A DNA stretch of 64,000 bases from Ancylonema sp. Its lineage: Eukaryota. The notes beneath the pieces are model-generated. The model made no database searches, was not told where the DNA came from, and worked only from the letters and a program-made list of their open reading frames with translations. Numbering within the stretch: position 1 is the first letter of the stretch; every line of letters starts with the position of its first letter. The translations under genes were made by a program, and so were the position numbers. Of the stretch, positions 33,366-44,400 are shown piece by piece. The DNA is taken from positions 1 to 64,000 of the forward strand of contig JBFLGF010000103.1 in NCBI GenBank assembly GCA_050230475.1, read 5' to 3'.

Positions 33366-34629
33366 TGTCGTGCCGTTAAGCATCGTGCCCCATTCACACG
33401 TGTAACCCATTCGATATAACGAACATTGTTATAATGAGTATGAATCTGGTGCGAATTATGTGTCGTCTCATCACATGGAGTGTTTGCACATAGAATCATG
33501 ACCTAGTCGAGGTCCGCCACACACACGTGTGTACAAGCGTCGCGCAAGCGCAAGTCTACCACATGTCAAATATTCTTTTCTAGTCTACCTATGGCAAGGC
33601 GTTGCCGTTGGTCTGAACGTAGAGTGTTCGAAACTTATGAAGGATATGAGATTGCAATGCACGATCAATCGAGATCTGAAATGAATTCACACAATTGCGA
33701 AATGCCAGCCGAACACAATGAGAATTGTATGGAAGTTGGTAGTTAATTGCTCAGCGGTTCCCGAGGTGTGATAAGACCAATTAAAGATCTGATCACTCAT
33801 GTTACAGAATTTATAGAACTCAGCTAGAACTCAGCTTAGCACACAAGGAATCTACCATTCCTGCCGTATCGACTTACGGCGCCGACTCGGCGATTCTCGC
33901 TAGCCGACTTACTAGTTTATCCAATCATAAACTAGCACACTAGGACAGATGGTGCAGCATGCTTCACTCGAGCTGAGAAGATGTTAAACTAATATATGGT
34001 AGTAGTGTTGTACGCGCACAGCTACTGACCAGTATCCGCATAAGTCACAAAATGGCCCTCCACGCCTTGTCGCCTTCCCGCAACTTAGATGCTAACTTAC
34101 AGCGCTTTTAACGCGGTGTGAATATTGCTAGTCGCTGACGGAGGAACTTGTACGCTGAGCTGACCAGTGGCCTGGTAACGCAGCTATCAGTACAGTCCGT
34201 CCTTGGTGCCGCCAAATGTGCCGTAGGTGGCGGAACAATTATACCGTTCGATCTAACTAAGGTTAGATCCCTTTACGTCACTGATGACAACTCCGTCCAA
34301 GGGACACGTGTCACTTCGAACATTTCGATAAATAACCACGCGTATTCCAACTTTGAAATATAGTCGGGAATATCCGTACCCGTGCTACTCACCGAATAAG
34401 CACCTTCGCCATACAAGCACTTCTACCCTTATAAGCGTTCACTAGCGTTTATATGTAGTTCTGAGCATATAAGCACAACCTCATCACCGTTCTGCGTATT
34501 CACTCTATAGGTACTCTCACCGTATAGGCACACTTCTAGTAAAGGCATTCTCACTCTATAGGCGCGTTTCTCGCCGTATAAGTGTTAATCCTCGTTATAA
34601 AGGCACACGATCGAATATTGTCCGAGACA
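33366..34629 (+). mobile_element. Non-coding element family F, copy 1 (TGTCG...TTGTCCGA-CA)
   Basis: Collinear motifs are shared with 37804-40571, 38764-39872 (inverted) and 10886-11110 (5' part): CAGCGGTTCCCG, the CTAACTAAGG palindrome and a TATA(A/G)GCAC array. Confidence 0.7.
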
Positions 34630-37060
34630 CATGCCCGAATCCATACTTTTTTACAAAAAATCAAAGACACGACCATCCCATCACGATAAATCTTTACGTG
34701 CCATTATATGAACCTCATTTGCCTTGAAATGGTTGGACGAAGTAAACGACCATTGCTTTGGACAGCCATTGCATCTCTCAAACTACATGCGAGTGAATAT
34801 GAAACCATTTATTGTAAGTATTCACACTCCAATTAGCAAATAAGACAATAGTTATTGGCTTTGTTAAATTCAACGGCTCGCATGCCCGAATCTATGGTTG
34901 TCGACAAAAAAGATAAAACAATACCATCCCATCATGACAATTGTGGACGCCATGTTGACGTCCACTCTTGACACAACTCTTAACTCACTCATAACTCAAA
35001 TAGTGCTCAACGACTATTAACACATACACATACTCAATTGCAGATTCACATACACTTTAACTCATGCACATTATGCACGGCATATAGACAAAGATTCTTT
35101 CATGAAAAGCAAGTAAAAACAAATACCGGAGAAGAATTGTCACTATAGTGGTTCGTTAAGCGAATCCGAGTCAGTCAGCGAAAAGTAATACCTTGCATGC
35201 CGACTTGCATTCAAAGTGTAACTAAATGACTTATGACCCTAGATACATCGAACGATCGATTTGAACCGCGAATAAAAAATATACTCAAACTCAAATGAAC
35301 TCATAAAAGCGTCTAAACTCAAAACTCAGATCACTGAATGATCAGCAATATAACTCAGATAGCAATGTTAGCCATCAACACATTCTCATTGAACACATAC
35401 TCATACTCATACACATTACGCTACACATAGACAAAACTTCTTTCACATAAAGCAAGTGGAAACAAATCCTGTAGAAAGGCTGTCACTATAGTGGTCCGGT
35501 AGGCGGATCTGAGTCTATTCGCGAAAAGTCCAACCTTGCATAATTCATTTCAATCAAGGCACCACTAGACGGTTCATGACCCTAGATACATCGGACGATC
35601 AATCTAAACTGCGAACAAAAAATCCACTTTAAATATAACGCGCGCGCCGAGTCTCCATGTCAAGCCACGCTATCATTGACACAAATTACCGATACAATAT
35701 TTCAATCACAGTGACACGCGTCTGAATACCAACTAAACATTACATAAGCGCAAAGCTCGTTTACGCATTCCATAGACGCACATTTACACACCAAACCAAA
35801 CTTCACCAAAACACAACGAAAGTTCTCGTTATCCTAAATTGGCAACTTTGGCCATCTAAAAACCATAGCGCTTATTTTATATGCAAGTTATGTTGCAGCA
35901 TATATCTCACATCAAACGCGCGCGAGTCTTGTAGGAATAGGTTGTCTATTTGCCTAAGTTCCTAGTTCGGCATAGTTAATCCGGTCGAAACGGTAGTCCG
36001 GACGTAGGTTAGTCGATACTTCATTTCTATTGGTCTATGTGCATGACGGTGTGAGTATTGAATGTGTGGATTGTAAAGTCAGGGGTAGACTCCTGATTGG
36101 TGCATTAGATAACGTGATATGTTGCATGATCATGAATCATCCATTTGTATCGGGTAGACGTGGGCGCGGATCTGAGTAGGTCGACTCATTGTTCGTGTCT
36201 AGCGGAACTTGCCCAAGGTCATACTTGTGGACCTTGGGAATCTAATTGATCATACTAGCAATTCATGGCGTACTCAATCTGATTGAAGTGTGCATGGTCA
36301 GTGTATGGGCACTGGTGTGAAAGAGTATTCGTGCGAAAGAAATCCGCAAGAGATGGATTTAACACGCGTCGCGTCAGTCCGCGCCATCACTAACACAATT
36401 TACTGAGACAACATTTCCACTAAACGACACGAACCAAAATAACACGCGTTACAATACTAACTAAGCACATATCTACATAAGCACCAAGCTTGTTCATGCA
36501 TTTCATAGACGCACATTTACACACAAAAAAAAACGTCACCAAATACGACACAAGTTCCCGTTATTCTAAGTTGGCAACTTTGGCTACCTAAAAACCATAC
36601 CACTGATTTAATATACATGCTATGTTGCAGCATGTATCTCACAACAATCATTTATGTTCCTTTAAATGTGCCTCATATGCCTTGAAATGGAGGGACGAAG
36701 TAAACGACCATTACCTTGGAGAACCATCGCATATCACAAATTACATGCGAGTGAATATAAAAACATGTATTGTAGGTATTCACACTCCAATCAGCAAATA
36801 AGAAATTAGTTATTGGCTTTGTTAAAGTCAACGACTCGCATGCCCGAATCTATACTTGTCGACAAAAAAGATACGACAATACCATTCCATCATGACAATC
36901 CTTTACGTTCCTTTATATTTGCCTCATATGCCTTGAAATGGATGGAAGAAGTGAACGATGATTACCTTGGACAAACATCGCATCTCACAAACTTCATACG
37001 AGTGCATATGGTACCATTGTAAGTATTCACGCTCCAATGAGCAAATAAGACAGTGTTTCA
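34630..37060. repeat. Composite array of three diverged repeat units (~250, ~360 and ~275 bp) inside the pogo-like element
   Basis: Unit A at 34630-34945 and 36650-37060. Unit B at ~35040-35290 and ~35390-35630. Unit C at ~35640-35915 and ~36370-36645, with its tail repeated at 37631-37667. Confidence 0.8.
35925..36364. mobile_element. Solo LTR family E, copy 1 (AGTCT+TGTAGG...TTAACA)
   Basis: Near-identical to 38490-38763 plus 39879-40043; flanked by CGCG on both sides. Confidence 0.75.
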
Positions 37061-38489
37061 TGGCGATTTTTTTTCAGCGACATGGCAGACGAAGTTCACG
37101 ACCTCTAACAGCAAAATTTTGAGATTCCCTCGTTAGAGGCGCATCTGCCTCAGGGCTCCTGAAAAATGTGCCTGTAACGCGAATAACGCGTTACAGACAC
37201 AGCCACGTTACGGGCACACGTTTTCAGTGTCCCAAGAGTGTGCCTGTAACGAGTATTTATTGTACTTGTCAAGTAGTTATCGTTCGCAGATATGTTTTTA
37301 ACGCCCGTAAATGTACTTTTTCGAGCGTCTACTTTTTCAAATAATAACGATGAAGTACACGAGCAAATATCCTTTTCACGACTCTTTTTTCGGCTGAATT
37401 TGAGTGTAGCTTTTACTACAAGTTTCGGTCATAAAAGCGCGGAAGATATACATCTCTACGGCACTTTCAAGGTTTTGCGACAGGTTTCTCGGACTTTTTC
37501 AAAAAGCTGGTGTTTCGGAAACGTGCCTAGATATTCACGTAAAAGTAACTTTGATGATGTTTTTTGCTGCGTACTTTTAAAGAAAGCTACCTCAACTTCC
37601 GGTCCTCAGATATACTTTTATCGATCGCTNAAATATACAAGTTATGTTGCATCACATATCTCACATGTACCAGCCATTTTGCGAATACGGCGATGCCGAC
37701 TCTCTATCTCCGCAATACACTACACATATCTTTGATCAGTCTTCTGCAATCCACTTTGCGCGTCGAAATTTGAAGCCGAACAGGGAAATACGTTACAATC
37801 ACTTGTCGTACCATATGGCGTCGTGCTCATGTCTCACGTGCGAATGATTGCATATAACGAATCTTGCCGCTGTATACATTTCACACTTGCGAATTGCGAC
37901 ATTTCATTACATATGAATGTATCCTTATGAAGCATGACCAAGTCGAGGTCGGATGCACATTCACATTTGAATCTCATAAGTCATTGTAATCCATCACAAG
38001 TGTCGACTTAATGGCAAAATGCTTTTTCTAGTCTTCCTGAGGCAAGGGATGCCCTTGGACTGTATGTAAAGTATGGAATTCTGAACAATGCTGAGTGTAT
38101 GAATTGATCTCAATGGTTGAAACGATAATACTCGATTACAAAGGTTTGACAAAAAGGTTAAATCCCAGCCGAACTCACAAAACACGATATTTTTGGCAAG
38201 GTATTTTTGCAGCGGTTCCCGGGAAGTACTGAGACCAAACTAGGTCTAAGTAAAACTGTATATTCTTACATTCTTCTATACTACTCTGCTCCTATCCGAT
38301 CGGCATCTTCTCGCGGCGCATCTAATGGCTGCCGGCCAACCGACATTACCGCTAATGCATTACTAGCCAAGTATTCTTTATGGCTATGTCATACATATCA
38401 CTAGAAGAGCTAGATGTAATGCATATATGAAGTAAAGCATATTCTAACACACATTAGCATTGCTGGCTTCCGCCATTGATCGCTCCCGG

Positions 38490-40043
38490 AGTCTTGTAGG
38501 AATAGGTTGTCTATTTGCCTAAGTTCCTAGTTCGGCATAGTTAATCCGGTCGAAACGGTAGTCCGGACGTAGGTTAGTCGATACTTCATTTCTATTGGTC
38601 TATGTGCATGACGGTGTGAGTATTGAATGTGTGGATTGTAAAGTCAGGGGTAGACTCCTGATTGGTGCATTAGATAACGTGATATGTTGCATGATCATGA
38701 ATCATCCATTTGTATCGGGTAGACGTGGGCGCGGATCTGAGTAGGTCGACTCTAGCGGAACTTTGTCGTACCGTAAACGATCGTGTGCCTATATGATGAT
38801 ATATAGAGGAAAACAAGCAATGGTGCTTAAACAATAATTGTGCCTATAACAAGAATAGCACTAGTTCAAACGGATGAACGCGACTAGATTCGGGTTACGG
38901 TATGCGCCCGCGGGAATACCTAACTTTACGTCTCTATTTGGCACGTGCCCAAATCATTATGAGGAACTTACGTTTCGGTGTTCTAACTAAGGTCTTCGTT
39001 AGAAATCGATCGCAAGATGCGCTCCGCCATTTACGGCGCCTGACAAGCTGACATTGTCGGCGGACCTGTCAGACGGCACGTAGCTACACTACAAAAGTTA
39101 CACCTATGCTTACGTATACAAATTGGATAGATGTCCACGTAAACGGACAGGGTGCTCAAAATATATGCACTTACGACAGTGCCAAAGTATTTGTAGTTTG
39201 GACACCCATAATGCATTTGCGCTCGTGTACAGACGCCAGCAATACATAGTACAAATCAGATCAGTCTGCGGTAGCCATGCATTGTACCTAGTTGCAATAT
39301 TGATGTACATCGAGTACATTGTAATATTGGCTAGGAATGCACTAGATGTCGGTGCAGCCGCCTAGCGGTGCCGCGAAGATGCTGACCAAGGCCCAGAGTA
39401 GAGGCAGAGACAGAGACTATATATCAGGTGCTCCTCAGACCCTAATAGGTCTTTGTAGACCTCGGGAACCGCTGAACAAATCTAGACTCGAACCATCGTG
39501 TATTAAGCATTTGTGAAGTGAATTCGGCTGGTGATATCATTACAATTGAATTTCTTGCATTAAAGGGGAATTCTGAACCATTTAACAACTACAGTTTCGA
39601 ACACATTACGTTCAGTCCGAACGGCATAACCTTGCCTCAAACCCAGAAAATAATATTTGTCATGTTGACAACGCATACGAGATGCTTGCAAGTGATGTAT
39701 GTTATCGCCCACGAGTGTGTATGTCGCATATATGTCAAGACGCGTCTTTATGTGATTACATCCATGACAAGGGATTCACATGGATTTCGCACGTGTGGAC
39801 ACATATAACAACAAAGCTCGTTATAATTCTTAATCGCAGTGAGAACATGGCACGATGGAATATAACACAACATACCGTTAGCGGAACTTGCCCAAGGTCA
39901 GACTTTTGGACCTTGGGAATCTAATTGATCATACTAGCAATTCATGGCGTACTCAATCTGATTGAAGTGTGCATGTTCAGTGTATGGGCACTGGTGTGAA
40001 ATTGTATTCGTGCGAAAGAAATCCGCAAGAGATGGATTTAACA
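38490..40043. mobile_element. Solo LTR family E, copy 2, split by an inverted F copy
   Basis: 5-bp TSD CCCGG at 38485-38489 and 40044-40048; both halves match 35925-36364. Confidence 0.8.
38764..39872 (-). mobile_element. Family F copy 3 (inverted)
   Basis: The reverse complement of 39640-39870 matches 10886-11110. Begins TGTCGTACCGTAAACGATCGTGTGCC, the reverse complement of the F right end. Confidence 0.72.
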
Positions 40044-40685
40044 CCCGGTGCATAAAGGACAGACTGTATCTATTACATATTTGTCTCTATCAGAATATAT
40101 TCGCGAGACTCCGCATCGTCCTACGTGTGTGTCTTGTTTATGGTATAGTGGGTGAAACAAGTGATATGTTCCTCCGTCTGTTCAATCACGTGGTGTCTGT
40201 ACGCCTTGTGTCAGAGACTAGCGAATATGGTGGCGTAAGTGGCGGCGAAATAATAATGTGTAGCTAACTAAGGCCTTCGGTTGACAATCGAAACTTAAAG
40301 ACCCGTGACATGTTCTGACACGACACGTGTCTAACTTCGTTCACTACCCACTCATGTGCCAATCATGGCTAAATGATCGCAAAATGCTGTAATGCTTTAA
40401 TTCTATCATACACGCACATTTCGATGTCATAGGCGCATTTCACCGTATAAGCACCTTTCGCTATATAAGCATAATAAACCGATTTAAGCGCATCTCACTT
40501 AATCATGCATTTTCTCTTTGTATAAGCCACGACTATCACCATATAAGCACACGAGTGTTTATTGTCCGACACACTCTAAACTAGCAAGAAAAAGAAAAAA
40601 ATCGTGCCAGAATCGTTACATTGGTTACAAGAGCAGTAGCGCTTCTCGCATTGCCAAAACTATGCAATCTGATTTACGTTCTTCC

Positions 40686-41303
40686 TGTAGGAAACAGTCA
40701 ATTCGGCTAAGTATTTAGGCCGGTATTAGTAGTCCGGATGTTACTCCGAACGGGAGTTATCAATCCGTAGGACTAGTTAGCCCGACGTACTTTAGTCGGG
40801 ATCTTTTGAGTTGATTTGGAAATCCAGCCGTAGGTTGGATTGTGTATGTAGTTGTTTCATGTGCATTGGGATTATGTCGGCGCAAATGCAAGACTGTGAT
40901 TGGTCTTGCATATTGCGGCCGAGAGCATTTTTAGCTTTTTTTTTTTTTTTTTTGCCGAGAGCATTTTTAGATGATCGAAATGCCAATCAGCTGTTGATTG
41001 CTGATTGGCGCATATGTATGCATGAGAACACGTGTTGGGTTGCACAAGCATTAGGAATATAAATGTATCGCTAAAGTAGACGTTGACGAGCTTAGAGAAA
41101 GCTCGGACTGAAATTGTGATCGGCGAAACTGTCCAAGGTCTGAGTTACAGACCTTGGAGAATTAATTGTTGCATTACTTTTGCAATTCTGCTTGCCGTCA
41201 GAGCTTGGCGTGGTATTCGTGTAATGTAGTGCGGTGTATGGGCATCGCATAGGTGTTGTTGTATCCCGACGCTGTTCATATCGAGATGGGTTCGTCGGTT
41301 ACA
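40686..41303. mobile_element. Canonical solo LTR, diverged relative of family E
   Basis: TGTAGGAAAC...GGTTACA with perfect 5-bp TSD CTTCC (40681-40685 and 41304-41308). Shares the CCAAGGTC...GACCTTGG hairpin with E. Confidence 0.85.
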
Positions 41304-41449
41304 CTTCCTTCCTATCACTGCGTTCCAAAAAACCATGTCCCAAAGGTATCATTGAAACGGAATGCACGAATTTTCTTCCACATATTCGTAACGCGTCTCT
41401 CCATCTCCATCTACGCGAAACCAAATTTGAGCGAGGGCGAGGCATTGCG

Positions 41450-44400
41450 TGAAATCCCATCAGCCATACTGGACTGAGGAATACTTTACTTGAGAATATT
41501 CGTGTCAAACAAGAATAACTCGTTGCTCAAAAGCAACCATCATAATACACATGGTACAAACCCGTTGGCAAAGTAGAATACACCAAAATGAATTATCTTG
41601 AATGTTGTCGAAATGTATACAAGTATCAAAACTAGATAGACGGAATGGACGTTGCACAAACTATGCATGAAAGGTCATATAACTACCTAACTTCTCAATG
41701 TCATGTGAATGACCATTGAACTTCCCATGTCGTATGCACGATACTTGCGCTCGCGCTAATTAACCTAGCAATGCACTCGACCAATGAAATAACTACATTT
41801 CATATACAAAAATGATGAGTATCCGTTCGCGTTATAACGAGCTAAGAGAACTCTCTTTATAACCAAAGTCTATTCACTAGTGCGAACCTCGCTCTAAGGC
41901 TATTATTGATTGCCCTAGAAGCTTCAATCCCCCTCGCAAGCACTAATGGCCTTATCTAGCCACAGCATACCCAGCTTCTTCCCCATCTCTCTTGCAAGCT
42001 TACATGCTTGGTCAATTGGTCGGCAGCCATTTCTTTTGTGCGGACAAATTGATGATCCACTTTCTACCCTCTCTCGAATAAAGTGGAAGCGTATGGCAAT
42101 GTGTCTTGTGAAGACTGGATTTTGTGCGATCTTAATGGAGGACTGATTGTCACACAACAACAACACCCCATGCACATCCCCATCGACACCCATTTCAGCT
42201 TGTAATTGAGACAAGTACAAAGCCTCTTGGGCCGCGTGCGTGAGGGCCATGTACTCGGCCTCGGTGCTACTCAAAGCAACTACCTCTTGAAGCTTGCTAC
42301 CCCAACTAATTGTAGCGCCCCCACTCATCATAACGAATCCAGATCTACCTCTCTTAGTTTCGTGGTCGTTGCCATAGCTGGCATCACTAGATCCCCATAG
42401 TGCCACATCCTCCCCACAAATGTAAAGTAGCCCATCCCCGGAGCTACCCTTCACATACCGGAGGAGCCTCTTGGCTGCCTCCCAATGTACCATACCCGGA
42501 TCCTGGCAGAAGCGGCTGAGAGTAGACACCCCCATGGCCAGATCAGGCCTTGTGCAAACAGCAAGGGACATCAAGCTCCCCACCAATGACCGGTACGGTC
42601 TCGCCTCCATGGCATCTCTCTCCTCCGACGATGTTGGGCACCCCTCTAATCCCAAAAGACTTCCCGGCTCAAAAGGGGTGGAGACGGTCTTACAGTCAAC
42701 CAAGCCGAACCTCTGAACCACCTCAAGAGCATACTTTTGTTGGACCAACAAGAGATCCCCCGCACCTTGTCGCCGAAGCTCAATCCCCAACACGAAAGTT
42801 GCCGTTCCGAGGTCTTTCATTTCGAAGCGCTCTTGAAGTCGTTTCTTGACCGAGTCGAGAGCCTCCCTCTTCTTCCATAGCATCAGCAAGTCATCCACAT
42901 AGAGTGCTATGAACACCCTTGCATCCCCCTCTCCAAATACGTAGACACCATGATCAGTTTTGAAGCGGACAAATCCTATCTCCTCTAGGACTTTGTCTAT
43001 GGTGAGGTTCCACATTCTAGGAGATTGCTTTAGGCCATAGAGGCACTTGAGGAGTCTCCACACCATACCTTCGACTCCTGTAACCCCCTCTGGAATCTCT
43101 ACAAACGTCTCCTCCTCCAAGTCAGCATATAGAAATGCCGTTGAGACGTCCATTTGATCAAAGCTCCATCCCTCGGCTACACCCATGGCGATTAGGGCGC
43201 GGATGCTTTCAAAACGGACGGAGGGAGCGAAGGTCTCGTCATAGTCCACCCCCTCCAATCTGCCTGTACCCCTGGGCAACGACCCGGGCCTTGTACTTAT
43301 CGATGTTGCCGGCCGCATCGGTCTTGATGCGCGAAGAACCCATCATTTTCTCCCGATGACTTTCTTCCCGTGTGGCCATGACACCTCGATGTACACTCCA
43401 TTTTTCCACAAGGATTCCAGCTCGCTGTCCATGGCTGCAGCCCACTTCTCTCAGCCTGATCTCCACCTAGAGCCTCCTTCACCGTTTCGGGGGCACATGA
43501 GATCAACCGCGGCCCCGCGTAGGCGTCGTCATAGCGAAGAGAGATGTGGCACCCCTCGGTTATAGCGGTTGCTTCGCCCGAGGGGGGAGGGTCGGGGTGA
43601 AATCATTGTTGTCTTCTTCACCCCCCTCATCATATGAGTCATCTTCCACCGATTGGCGGCAGCTCATCCTCATCTGCTGCTGCTGCGGGAGGGAGAGGAG
43701 GAGGAGGAGGAAGGGGCAGAGCGGGCGGGAAGGGATTTCCGTCCATCCCTGCGGCTGGCTCTAAGTCGGGGAACTGAACATCCTCCTCAGTCTTGACCCC
43801 TGCACCAACCTGTGCAGATCCCAGCCACCATCCCGGCCCGACCTCCTCCTCATCGAACTCGCACCCCCCCGAATTCAGTACCTTCCTTATCGGGTCCCAT
43901 ACCCGATATGCCGGGCTGTTGTCTGCATAGCCCATCAATACCCCCTCCTTCCGAACCTCGCCCAGCTTGCCGCCCCGCATCCCCTTGACGACTAGAACGT
44001 AGACCTTGCAGCCGAAAGAGCGAAAGTGTGCCACCGAGGGTTTGCGACCAGTCCACAGCTCCTGCGGTGTTAACTTCTGGTTGGACACGGGCCCGCGGTT
44101 GCGAAGGTAGGATGCTGCCAAGAAGACTTCGCCCCAGCTGCCCCCTCGAAGACCGGATTGCGCCATCATCGATCTTGCCTTGTCCTGGAGGGTGCGGTTC
44201 ATCCGTTCGGCGACCCCGTTGCTCTGCGGGGACCTCGGAGGACTGAATTCCTGAGTTACGCCACGTTGCGTCAGCCAGTCCTTCAGCGACTGCTTCGTGA
44301 ACTCTCCGCCATTATCGGTGCGCAGACGTCCCACAGAATGCCCGCACTCTCGCTCAGTCTGCACCAGCCACTGCTTGAGTCGCATCTCGACGTCAGATTT

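Larger units (their letters stand above)
32812..37262 (+). mobile_element. Non-autonomous pogo/Tigger-like Tc1/mariner element with nested cargo
   Basis: 27-bp TIR CAGTAAATACTCGTTACAGGCACACTC (1 mismatch), TA on both sides (32810-11 and 37263-64), and subterminal GTTA(C/T)AGGCAC repeats. A CENP-B-type HTH remnant KTRVQLTHTEEKRICEVQINNPHWTQEKISQFVSKEFGKAIGRALISKILKEGKKW lies at 33136-33336. Confidence 0.9.
37804..40571 (+). mobile_element. Family F copy 2, interrupted by nested E and F copies
   Basis: Ends TGTCGTACC...TTGTCCGACA, with 4-bp direct repeat CACT at 37800-37803 and 40572-40575. Confidence 0.72.

Noticed and set aside
34390..34610. CRISPR-like array from periodic short repeats (also 47190-47410)
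   Set aside because: The repeats are too short and degenerate, the spacers do not fit, there are no cas genes, and the context is eukaryotic transposon ends.
36813..37022. 69-aa ORF in repeat unit A
   Set aside because: The frame is not preserved in the other copies of the unit.
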